Assembly: GCF_009557235.1 (NCBI RefSeq)
Contig: NZ_CP045650.1
Span: 150,001-182,000 of the forward strand
Origin: Acinetobacter wanghuae
Lineage (GTDB): Bacteria > Pseudomonadota > Gammaproteobacteria > Pseudomonadales > Moraxellaceae
DNA: 32,000 nt
Direction of reading: 5' to 3'
Position 1 is the stretch's first letter. Each line of letters starts with the position of its first letter. Of this stretch, positions 9,127-18,600 are shown one piece after another. The notes below the pieces were generated by a model that made no database searches, had not been told where the DNA came from, and saw nothing but the letters and a program-made list of their open reading frames with translations. A program made the translations under genes and the position numbers.

Positions 9127-10551
9127 TTATTTTGAATTGGCGGTTTTAAAGGTCTCAATAGCACGAGCCCGTGAGCTTTTTAAACCCACAATCGGTTTTG
9201 GATAATTGATTTTTAAATCAGGATTTTTCGCATAAGGCTCATGAATGCTTTTGGCATCAATATGTGCCAATTCAGGCAGCCATTTTTTGATGTATTCGCC
9301 ATTGGGGTCAAAGCGCTGTGACTGACTCACCGGATTGAAAATCCGAAAATAGGGAGCGGAATCCATACCAGTCGACGCACACCATTGCCAGCCGCCATTA
9401 TTCGCTGCTAAATCACCATCAATCAGATGTTGCATAAACCATGCTTCGCCGAGTCGCCAATCGATGAGTAAGTTCTTGGTCAGGAACATCGCTGTAATCA
9501 TACGCACGCGGTTGTGCATCCAACCTGTAGCCAGCAGTTGACGCATGCCTGCATCGACAATTGGAATGCCCGTCTGTCCTTGTTGCCAAGCTGCTAAGTC
9601 CTTAGGGGCATCGCGCCACTGAATATGCTTGGTGTTGTCCTTAAAAGGCTGATGTTTGGAGACTTTGGGGAAATCATGCAAGGTATGTTGATAAAACTCA
9701 CGCCATAATAATTCATCGAGCCACGTTTGTTGTCCAATATCATCGATTTGGAAGTAGCCATTGTGCTGCTCAAACAGAGCCTGAATACATTGGCGAATCG
9801 ATATCGCCCCTATGTTTAAATAGGGCGACATTTGGCTCGTACCATCTAGACTCGGAATATCTCGTTCAGCTTTGTAATATTCGAGCTGATCTTCAATAAA
9901 ATGTTGCAGTCGCTGTTGAATATCTGCATCTTCAACCGACCATATTTTTTGTAAGTTTTGAGATTGATAGCGCTTCGCAAAGGCATCAAGGTCAAATTCA
10001 AATGTCGAGATATCCAAATCAAGTGGAGCTTGTGCTTCAAGCTCAGGATACATCGAAGGCACATCCACAATTAAGCGTTCATAACACTTTTTCTTAAAAG
10101 CGCTAAAGACTTGATAAGGTTGATGACTGCCATTTCGAATACTGCCCAATGGAAAAAGCGTACGGTCTTCATAGCGTTCAAACGCAATTTCGTGCGCAGT
10201 TAAGGTTTCACTTACCGCTTGATCACGCTGTTGTTCATGAATCCCTATTTCAATATTGGCATGGACATGACGAACGTTGAATTGCTCACAAAGTGCCAAG
10301 AGGCGTTGTAGAATATCCTGCCACAATGCCTGTTCAAGAATGACGAGCGGAATATTCAACTGTTCAAGTTGGGCTTTAAGCAGGTTTAAACGTCTAAGAT
10401 AAAAATCAATTTTAACTGCTGCATCTTGATGAAGTCGCCATTGTTCAGGCGATAGAATGACGACAGCGAGACACTGTTGAGATTGGGCTGCATGCCATAG
10501 CGCAGTATGGTCATAAATACGCAGATCATTACGAAACCAAATCAGATGCAT
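9127..10551 (-). CDS. phrB: Deoxyribodipyrimidine photolyase (CPD photolyase)
   Basis: Contains HLIWFRNDLRIYDH, TSQMSPYLNIGAISIRQ, WLDELLWREFY, TGIPIVDAGMRQL..TGWMHNRVRMI and DGDLAANNGGWQW. The ORF track begins at TTG 10569. ATG 10551 (MHLIWFRNDLR) matches the usual photolyase N-terminus. Confidence 0.92.
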   Translation of the reverse strand: MHLIWFRNDLRIYDHTALWHAAQSQQCLAVVILSPEQWRLHQDAAVKIDFYLRRLNLLKAQLEQLNIPLVILEQALWQDILQRLLALCEQFNVRHVHANIEIGIHEQQRDQAVSETLTAHEIAFERYEDRTLFPLGSIRNGSHQPYQVFSAFKKKCYERLIVDVPSMYPELEAQAPLDLDISTFEFDLDAFAKRYQSQNLQKIWSVEDADIQQRLQHFIEDQLEYYKAERDIPSLDGTSQMSPYLNIGAISIRQCIQALFEQHNGYFQIDDIGQQTWLDELLWREFYQHTLHDFPKVSKHQPFKDNTKHIQWRDAPKDLAAWQQGQTGIPIVDAGMRQLLATGWMHNRVRMITAMFLTKNLLIDWRLGEAWFMQHLIDGDLAANNGGWQWCASTGMDSAPYFRIFNPVSQSQRFDPNGEYIKKWLPELAHIDAKSIHEPYAKNPDLKINYPKPIVGLKSSRARAIETFKTANSK

Positions 10552-10693
10552 AGTCGAGATTCTAAACAAGGCGGTATTTGCAATTGTAAGTGATGCAAGC
10601 CTTGTACATCGTATCGAAATTTAAACCAAGCATTTGCCTAGACCATCAAGCCTAGGCAATGTTCATTCTTATGCAGAACAAGCCCTCTAGCGT

Positions 10694-11314
10694 TTAACGC
10701 TGATGAATATTCTCTAAAGTATCTACTAGCGTTCGAGTGGTTTGATCGATTTCATAATTCACTTCATCACCGACTTTGGTATCTTTCCATGTTGTAAGAC
10801 GTAGTGTTTCAGGAATCAAGTCAATCGAAATTTCTTGTGTGCTACGATCGACACGGTTTACGGTCAAGCTACAGCCATTTAGACCGATAAAGCCTTTTAA
10901 GAAAAAGTATTTAATATTGCCATTTGGAATGATCAAATCAATATGAAAGGTTTCACCGCGACGTTCAAGCGTCTTGATGGTTGCTGTACCTTCAATATGT
11001 CCATATAAGTTATGCCCGCCATTTTCACTCCCAACTTTGGCAGAGCGTTCAACATTGACATCATCACCGACCTTAAGTGCTTTTAAGGTGGTAAGGGCAA
11101 GCGTCACATCGGAAATATCAAAATGGATTTGATTGCGCTCAGTATCAATCGTGGTAACAGTTAAGCAAACGCCATTAATCGCAACACTTGCACCAATAAA
11201 TACATCATTAAAAAAGTGATTGTGGTTGGATACGATAATAGTAATAAAGCCATCCGCTTTTTTGATCTCAACGACTTTTTCTAAGCCTTGAACAATACCT
11301 GTATACATCGACAT
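10694..11314 (-). CDS. ribE: Riboflavin synthase (alpha chain)
   Basis: Two lumazine-binding repeats, YTGIVQG...GASVAINGVCLTV and KGFIGLNGCSLTV, plus VNVERS.K, GGHNLYGH, LIPETLRLTT and EIDQTTRTLVDT, collinear with E. coli RibC/RibE. The start is probably ATG 11308 (MYTGIVQG), which has an AAGGAAA SD. Confidence 0.85.
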   Translation of the reverse strand: MSMYTGIVQGLEKVVEIKKADGFITIIVSNHNHFFNDVFIGASVAINGVCLTVTTIDTERNQIHFDISDVTLALTTLKALKVGDDVNVERSAKVGSENGGHNLYGHIEGTATIKTLERRGETFHIDLIIPNGNIKYFFLKGFIGLNGCSLTVNRVDRSTQEISIDLIPETLRLTTWKDTKVGDEVNYEIDQTTRTLVDTLENIHQR

Positions 11315-11375
11315 TTTCCTTATTTAGCTATGTTCGATTGTAGGCAGCATTCAACACGCTGACCACTGTATTTGC

Positions 11376-11409
11376 ATAAAAAAACCCTCAGGCCGAGCCC
11401 CGAGGGTTG
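11376..11409 (-). terminator. Rho-independent terminator after sfnG
   Basis: On the minus strand, AACCCTC-(13 nt)-GAGGGTT is followed by TTTTTTTAT, 37 nt downstream of the sfnG stop. Confidence 0.55.
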
Positions 11410-11445
11410 AAATAGATGACACATTATTATTGTTATTATTTGCGC

Positions 11446-12549
11446 TTAAGCTGATTTAGCCTGTAGCTGAAGTTGCTGCTCTGCCTCAAGTTCACGTACC
11501 AACGGCAAAACTTTTTCGCCAAAATATTCAACTTCTTCAATAAAGTGTAAGAAACCTGAAAGAATCAAATCCACACCAACTTTTTTAAGTTCCACAATAC
11601 GTTCTGCAATTTGCTGTGGTGTGCCAATAAGATTGGTACGGAAGCCATCATTGTATTGAACTAAATCTTCAAAGGTCGATTTTGCCCAGTTACCTTCACC
11701 TTCAACGGACGCCGCACCTGCTTCGCGTGTGGCATCACCGAAGGCATTGACTGCTTCCACATGCGCTTTATCGATGATTTCTTGTAGAACGGCTTGAGCT
11801 TCTTCTTCGGTATCACGCGCAATCACAAAGGCATTGACCCCAATCTTCACTTGATGATTGTTGGCTTTGGCTTTCTCGCGAATATCATCAATTTGTTTTT
11901 TCAGCTCTTCCGGGGTATTGCCATTGGTGAAGTACCAATCTGATACGCGAGATGCCATATCACGTGCAGCACGCGAACTGCCGCCTTGGAAAATCTCAAT
12001 ATGCGGTTTTTGCACCGGCTTTGGACTTAAGGTGTAATCCTTAAATTGGTAATATTTACCATCAAAACTAAAGTTATCTTGTGTCCAAACCCCTTTTAAA
12101 CTGCGAATAAATTCTTCAGAACGGGCATAACGCTCATCATGTTCCGGCCATTCTTCACCAATTGCATCGAATTCACCGCGGAACCAACCGCTGACCACAT
12201 TAATGGCAATACGTCCATTGCTTAAATGGTCAATGGTTGCCAATTGTTTTGCCGCAAGTGCTGGTTTCCAAGGACCTGGTAAAATTGCAGCAATAACTTT
12301 TAAACGTTCAGTTTTTGCCAAAATCCCATGACTAAAACTGACCGATTCATGTTGGTTTTCTGCGTTATAACCTGCGGTAAAGCGAATTTGAGTGAGGGCA
12401 TAGTCAAAACCTGCTTTTTCTGCGGTTTGTGCCAAACGGACATTGTAGTCATAGCTCCAATCGGTACGTTGCTCAATTTGACTTACCACCAAGCCACCGC
12501 TGACATTGGGTACCCAATACGCAAATACAATATTATTATCTTTTGACAT
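11446..12549 (-). CDS. sfnG: FMNH2-dependent dimethylsulfone monooxygenase (LLM-class, SfnG-like)
   Basis: 367 aa of the luciferase-like monooxygenase family. The N-terminus FAYWVPNVSGGLVVS..EQRTDW..DYN..LAQTAE.AGF.YAL is typical of SfnG. There is a strong SD (GGGAGAGGG). The gene lies 30 nt downstream of the FMN reductase gene. Confidence 0.8.
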   Translation of the reverse strand: MSKDNNIVFAYWVPNVSGGLVVSQIEQRTDWSYDYNVRLAQTAEKAGFDYALTQIRFTAGYNAENQHESVSFSHGILAKTERLKVIAAILPGPWKPALAAKQLATIDHLSNGRIAINVVSGWFRGEFDAIGEEWPEHDERYARSEEFIRSLKGVWTQDNFSFDGKYYQFKDYTLSPKPVQKPHIEIFQGGSSRAARDMASRVSDWYFTNGNTPEELKKQIDDIREKAKANNHQVKIGVNAFVIARDTEEEAQAVLQEIIDKAHVEAVNAFGDATREAGAASVEGEGNWAKSTFEDLVQYNDGFRTNLIGTPQQIAERIVELKKVGVDLILSGFLHFIEEVEYFGEKVLPLVRELEAEQQLQLQAKSA

Positions 12550-12579
12550 GAGATTGACCCTCTCCCTAAATCGTTCGAA

Positions 12580-13314
12580 TTAAGCTACATGCGTTTTTGG
12601 TAATTTCTTTTGATGAATGCGTGCTTCAGCAGCATCTAAACTTGGCACAGCCGCAGAGGGTAAAACCTCATCTTGTTCAATTTGTTTATTAATGCCTAAA
12701 TTTTGGCTGGCTTGGATGGTTTTTTCTTTGACCACTTCAGCGCGTTGACCTTTGGCAGGGGCCCACTCAAGAATCGGTAACGCACGTGCCACAGCCAAAG
12801 TAATACGGTCACGTAGCAATTCACTATGAATCGTATATTCAGGCGTGAAGTCTTTATCTGTTGCATACACACCAATTGGGAGTGTTTGGGCTTGGAAGAA
12901 GCTGAACAATGGACGAAGTTGATGTTCAAGCACTAAAGCATGACGTTCAGAACCGCCAGAAGCGGCAAGTAACACAGGCACATCAACTAAAGCTGTTTGT
13001 TCGACAAAATCGAAGAAGTGTTTAAATAAACCTGTAAATGATGCACGGTATACAGGTGTACCAACAATCAACGCGTCTGCAGCTTCAACAGCGGCTAAGT
13101 CATCTTGTACACGTTGTGGCAATTGATTACGGTAAATCGCACCACCTAATAACTGACCAATTTCGCTAAATTTAATGAAATGGACATTGATCGGTGTTGC
13201 TTCACCGAGTTCATCAACAATGGCTTGAACCAATGCTTCTGTTTTTGATGGATTGTTTAAACCGCCTGAAACAGCAACAATATTGAGGGGTTTTTGAAGA
13301 CTTGAGCTCGGCAT
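12580..13314 (-). CDS. msuE: NADH/NADPH-dependent FMN reductase (MsuE/SsuE-like) with an added C-terminal tail of about 50 aa
   Basis: Contains IVAVSGGLNNPSKTEAL...DALIVGTPVYRASFTGLFKHFFD, a flavodoxin-like FMN reductase signature. It sits in an operon position upstream of sfnG. Confidence 0.75.
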   Translation of the reverse strand: MPSSSLQKPLNIVAVSGGLNNPSKTEALVQAIVDELGEATPINVHFIKFSEIGQLLGGAIYRNQLPQRVQDDLAAVEAADALIVGTPVYRASFTGLFKHFFDFVEQTALVDVPVLLAASGGSERHALVLEHQLRPLFSFFQAQTLPIGVYATDKDFTPEYTIHSELLRDRITLAVARALPILEWAPAKGQRAEVVKEKTIQASQNLGINKQIEQDEVLPSAAVPSLDAAEARIHQKKLPKTHVA

Positions 13315-13677
13315 AACAGTAACCTAAAAAGAAAATGTATCAATTGCTGTTATTAATCCAAATTCAGCTTATGCCGTAAAATAAGGAAAAGCATAAAAGT
13401 TATCTATTTTTGATATATGACTAAATGAGTCGGATTTGAGCCTGATCATATTTGCTAATACTTTGAAAAATAGGTTTATATTGAAATGTGATAAGCTTTG
13501 CAAAAAACCAATAAGCCATATATGAAAAAGTGATTAGAATTAAATAATTATCGAAATACCTAAACGGTGTTTCTTTATGAAGACAAACTGAACATTAATT
13601 TAAAATTTGTTCACTGTTGCGTGTGCTAAAACTGATTTGTGTAGGTAGAATAGGGGCTACCGTGCACAAGATCTCTC

Positions 13678-14337
13678 ATGTTGCCTATGAATATTTTAAT
13701 CGTTGATGATCATCCCTTGTTTCGTCATGCCCTCATCCAAGCCGTTCGTTACAGCCTGCCACAAGCGCAAATTCATGAAACTGCTGCAGTTAATGAATTT
13801 TACGAACGTCTAGAAAAAGGCCCAGAGCCGGATCTTGTTCTACTTGATTTGAATTTACCCGGTGCTTCAGGTTTTTCAGCCTTGGTGCATGTACGCGCAC
13901 AATATCCATCATTACCGATTATTGTGGTTTCAGCGCATGAAGAAACCAGTATTATTCAGCGTTCAATTGCACATGGTGCGATGGGCTATATTCCAAAATC
14001 AGCCCATCCAAGTCATATTGGTGAAGCGATTCGTGAAGTGCTTGAAGGCGAAATTTGGTTACCACCAACCTTCCCAGCCAACATGAACTTTGATCCACGC
14101 GCAGCAGATGAAACGGCTTTGGCTGAACGCATTCAGTCACTGACACCGCAGCAGTTCCGGGTACTGATGATGGTGGCAGAAGGTTTATTGAATAAACAAA
14201 TTGCTTATGAATTAGAAGTGTCTGAAGCAACGATTAAAGCGCACGTTACTGCAATTTTCCGTAAGTTGGGTGTACAAAACCGCACGCAAGCGGTACTTGC
14301 GATTGGCGCTTTGAATATCGAAGAAAAGAAAATTTAA
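13678..14337 (+). CDS. crbR: LuxR/NarL-family two-component response regulator (CrbR/ErdR-like)
   Basis: REC domain (ILIVDDHPLFRHAL...LVLLDLNLPG...VSAHEE) plus a LuxR HTH (LTPQQFRVLMMVAEGLLNKQIAYELEVSEATIKAHVTAIFRKLGVQNRTQAV). The more likely start is ATG 13687. The CrbR assignment comes from its pairing with the CrbS-architecture kinase and the acs/actP context. Confidence 0.7.
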   Translation: MLPMNILIVDDHPLFRHALIQAVRYSLPQAQIHETAAVNEFYERLEKGPEPDLVLLDLNLPGASGFSALVHVRAQYPSLPIIVVSAHEETSIIQRSIAHGAMGYIPKSAHPSHIGEAIREVLEGEIWLPPTFPANMNFDPRAADETALAERIQSLTPQQFRVLMMVAEGLLNKQIAYELEVSEATIKAHVTAIFRKLGVQNRTQAVLAIGALNIEEKKI

Positions 14338-14360
14338 TTTATCAATCATCGTTAAGATGC

Positions 14361-14393
14361 AAAAAAGGAGCTTTTATGAAAGCTCCTTTTTTT
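14361..14393. terminator. Bidirectional terminator between crbR and the 255-aa ORF
   Basis: AAAAAA-GGAGCTTT-tatg-AAAGCTCC-TTTTTTT. Confidence 0.65.
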
Positions 14394-14436
14394 ATGCGAA
14401 TTTGATTGTGTTGTTACGACATGAATCCAAAATCGA

Positions 14437-15204
14437 TTAGGCAATATAATCTTGTTTAGGGGTTAAATCAGCACAGAACAAAGGATTTAAGGCGCATTGC
14501 AATTCATCAATTTGATCTTGTGAAACGTAGCCTTTATTTTTCAAAAACTCAGCAATTCGATCATCACGTAAGCTTAAGAAGGTCGCATCATATACGCCTA
14601 AATCAATAAATAACGCGGCAGTTTCCAAACTATTAAAACGGTCTAAATACACGTCATTTCCATACATCAAGAAAATATGATCCTCTTTAGATAATGGATC
14701 GACATTTAAACTTGTAGCCAAAGCATCGGGCGGGGTTTTAATAAATAGTAATTCTGAGAGTTCATCAAATTTCGTGGTGTCGAGTTGTAGTTCACCTGTT
14801 TTAACCAACCCGAGCCAAGCTTTAAACACCAAGACCGCACCACCGCGCAGTAACATACTCCAAATTTGATGACGTACAGCTTCAGATAAGTCTTGAGACT
14901 CAAGTGCTAATGCTTGAATAAGTTTTCCTTCTTGTTCGGCAATTCGCTCAAACAAACCGAGACCTTGCGGTTTATACGCATAGGGCTGAAAGACATCAAA
15001 ATGTAATTCCTCAAATACTTGTAAAGCTAAGGGTACAGCACTTTCATAAAGCACATCGAGCGCTTGGGTCTGAGTTTCATTGAGTTTACTGTGCTTAAAT
15101 AAAGCCTTCCAATCAATGATAGGCAACAGTGCATTGGCACCATATTGACGGTGGAATTGTTGGTTTTGATTCAGTTCTAGCGTGTTATTTTTATCAATAT
15201 TCAT
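14437..15204 (-). CDS. Hypothetical protein, 255 aa, no family recognised
   Basis: Clean ORF with ATG and an AGGA about 10 nt upstream. Its composition resembles the neighbours. It is flanked by its own terminator and a 420-bp upstream region. It appears acidic and largely helical, with no TM segment and no motif I can name. Confidence 0.6.
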   Translation of the reverse strand: MNIDKNNTLELNQNQQFHRQYGANALLPIIDWKALFKHSKLNETQTQALDVLYESAVPLALQVFEELHFDVFQPYAYKPQGLGLFERIAEQEGKLIQALALESQDLSEAVRHQIWSMLLRGGAVLVFKAWLGLVKTGELQLDTTKFDELSELLFIKTPPDALATSLNVDPLSKEDHIFLMYGNDVYLDRFNSLETAALFIDLGVYDATFLSLRDDRIAEFLKNKGYVSQDQIDELQCALNPLFCADLTPKQDYIA

Positions 15205-15564
15205 GACAAATCGTCCTGTGGAATCTGGTCAATCATCGAGCTGAATGTCAAAAAATAATTTTAAGAAATTCAGTTTAATCGATCATTTCATTGCTCTATA
15301 TTTAGAGCGAATAGGAAAAGAATTAAAGTCAGACTAAAGTTCTAATGATGGATTTTTATTATAAAAATATTTATAAATTAAATATTTACGAAGATGTAAC
15401 TAGGTGTGTGAGTGTCGATTTTAGAATTGACTATTTTTTGCCATAGCGAATTTAGAAATGAATATTTTGGTAAATCAAAAGCATGATTTATTGGGTGAAA
15501 ATGAACACTTTTGCATATCAGGCTTAAATTGATGCCAATGCTGAAATTTTTTGTCACATTAAAA

Positions 15565-15608
15565 TAAAAAGATGCCCATTTTGAATAACAAAACGGGCAT
15601 CTTTTTTA
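15565..15608. terminator. Terminator downstream of crbS (bidirectional shape)
   Basis: A 14-bp stem, AGATGCCCATTTTG-aataa-CAAAACGGGCATCT, with one mismatch. It is flanked by an A run and a T run, 17 nt after the crbS stop. Confidence 0.65.
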
Positions 15609-15624
15609 CTTCATTTTTTAAAGC

Positions 15625-18600
15625 TTAATCTGAAATTTTAAGTCCAGATAACCAAGATCTGAGCGATGCAGGTTTAAGCGGTTTTCTGAGTAAGACAATG
15701 TTGAGCTCTTTTAAGCGTTGCGGCAATTCTGGATCTGAATCGGCGGTAATGAGAGCAACAGGAATATTGTCCCCACGATGTTCCAAAATGAAATCTAAAC
15801 CTAGTTTGTTTTGGTTTAAATGTTGATCGACCAACCACACTTGAATGTTTTCTTGTTGCACCAAGAGGGCTGCCTGTTCAGGCTCAGTAGCTTTAAAGAC
15901 TTGATAGCCCCACTTAGTCAGTAAGGTCGACATGCCTTCCAAAATGGCTTCGTCATTATCCAAGCACAACACTTTAAAGGATTTTGATTTGAGCGGTGCA
16001 GCTTGAGTTGGCGCAGCCACAACTTTAGGAGCTGTAGTTAAAGGCACTTCAATCATAAAGCATGAGCCTTGACCTAAAGCTGAATAGACGTGCACAGGAT
16101 AATTCAGCATGCTGGTCATACGCTGCACAATGGCAAGACCAAGTCCTAAGCCTTGTTCACCCCAAGGTGAGGTATGTCCACAACGTTCAAATTCTTGGAA
16201 AAGTTTAATACGTTGTTCTTCTGCAATCCCCGGACCGGTATCCCAAACACCAATGCGAATATGATTCGGTTTGCTACTCGAACGCAGCACACCAACAACC
16301 ACTTTACCGCGAGCGGTATAACGCAGCGCATTACTGACGAAGTTCTGAATAATACGACGAATCCATTGCGGGTCGGTATCAATCCAGAACTGCGCATCAT
16401 GGACGCTAAATTGAATGCCACGCTGTGCGGCAATCGATTTAAATTGCAGTTCTAAATCGCTGAGTAAATCATGCAGTGGATAGGCTTGACGCTTTGGCTG
16501 AATGGTACCGCCTTCAAGTCGTGCAATATCGAGTAATGCCGACAACATACTTTCTGCACCATGCAAGGCACGATCAAGTTGCTGTAAGGTTTTACGATCT
16601 TCATCAGATTGTATGCTTTGTTCTAAAGCTGTACTGAATAAGCGTGCTGCATGCATCGGTTGCAATAAATCATGACTGGCAGCGGCAATAAAGCGACTTT
16701 TTGACATATTGGCTTTATCGGCTTGTTCACGTGCCAATTGCTGTTCAGATAGGGCATCGGCAAGCTGTTGGGTACGATCTTGCACGCGTCCTTCAAGTAA
16801 GGCTTCGTTTTCACGGAATGCAGTAATGTCGGCAAAAGTCGTTACAAAACCACCGCCTTCGATCGGATTGCCACGCATTTGAATCACGCGCCCATCTTTA
16901 CGAATGCGCTCAAACTCATGCGCACTGCCGACGCTCATCCAGTGCATACGCTTACGTACATGTTCTTCGACTGAACCGGGGCCACATTCACCACGTTCTG
17001 CGTTATAACGAATTAAGTCTGAAACTGGACAACCGACATAGACAATCTCTTTTGGATAATCAAATAATTTAAGATATTGATTATTCCATGCGACCAAACA
17101 CATATTTTCATCGATTACGCTCACCCCTTGGGTCATATGGTCAATCATGGTCATGATCAGGTTTTGATTGAAACGTTGCCATTGTGATGCTTGGTCAAGA
17201 ATATTTGCCACTTGACCGAGGGCTAAACCGTTGTTGACCATTGCTGTCGTCAAGAGGGTACGCGCTGAAGCAGCGCCAATCGTGCCTGCTAAATATTGTT
17301 CGGTAAAACGCCACCACATACCGTTGGCACTGCTGTTTTCATGCAATTCGACATTATTTTGAGTACAGAACTGTTGGAAAGCACGTGTAGTCGGTTCTTC
17401 ACCTGTAATCCGTTTAGCCAGCGTAATTAAGTCACCAACTTTCAAACGTGCCACATCTTGATGTGAATAATTTACTTCACTATTCAGGCTTTGCGATGGT
17501 AAAGGCTTGGTTTCATAGTAGAAGAAACTTTCCGCTTGAATTTGTTCTGCAATACTCGGACGGAAAATTCGCGACACCCAAATATAGAGCAAAATATTCA
17601 GACCCAACGCCCAGATCACGCCATGTGTCAGTGGATCTAGAGATTCGAAGCCGAGTAACCCTTCAGGACGTAACCAATTGATTCCAAAAGGACCATGCTC
17701 AATAAAGTTCTGACTAAAGGCTTGATAGGACTCCGGCAGGCTTCTTAACATGGTTGGGAGCAATAAGGTATATGCCCAAAGTGCAAAGCCTGTAAGCAGT
17801 CCTGCATAGACACCCTGTTTACTGCCACCGCGCCAATATAAACCGCCAATCAGGGCAGGGGAGAACTGTGCAACAGCACTAAATGCCAATAAACCAAATA
17901 CAGATAGTTGGTTGATATCATTAAAGAAAGTATAGAATAAGAAGCCAAGCAGCATCACACCCAAAATACAAATACGTCGGGTAAATTTGAGTACCAAAGG
18001 CAAGCGTTTATCATGGCGCGAAATGAAATTAAACCGCCATAAGGCAGGCATGATGAGGTCATTACTCAGCATAATGGACAGTGCAACTGACGATACCAGC
18101 AGCATGCCTGTAGACGCGGAGAAACCGCCTAAGAAGGCTAACAGTGTCAGCCAATCTTGGTTATAACTGAGCGGCAAAGACAGCACTGCTACATCCGGAA
18201 TAGCAAGATACTGCGGAGCTGCATGTAAAGCCCAACTTGCAATTGGAATAATCGCAATCGTGGTCAACAGCAAATACGCAGTAAACCAACGACGCGCACC
18301 ACGAATATGTTTTTCATCACGTAATTCAACCACAGCAACGTGAAATTGGCGTGGCAAACAGATAATCGCAAGTGCCGCGAGTAAAGTCTGTACCCAAAAA
18401 CTTTCTGGTACACCTAACAGTTGTACATCGCGGAAGGTCATACTCATGTCGCGGGTAATTTGTGGCAAATTTTCAGGTGCTTGGAAAATAAAGAAAGCCG
18501 CCACAGCAATCAGGGCGAAGAGTTTGACGAAGGACTCGAATGCGACCGCGAGCATCAAACCGCCATGCTGTTCAGTATTGGCAATTTGGCGTGTACCAAA

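Noticed and set aside
10694-11314. The riboflavin-synthase-like gene as a divergent lumazine-protein paralogue dedicated to the FMNH2-dependent sulfur enzymes.
   Set aside because: It keeps both lumazine-binding repeats and the residues conserved in E. coli RibC (the GxCLTV Cys and GGHxxxGH). It is also separated from sfnG by a terminator, so it is most simply the housekeeping ribE.
15543-15558. A second TTTTTGTCACATT stretch resembling the CRP-like site at 25713-25728, and a partial site TGTGA-N6-TTGCA at 13487-13502.
   Set aside because: Only one half-site (TCACA) is intact at 15554-15558, and the left half is GAAAT. The 13487 site has 3/5 in its right half. Both are too degenerate to call without a genome-derived matrix.
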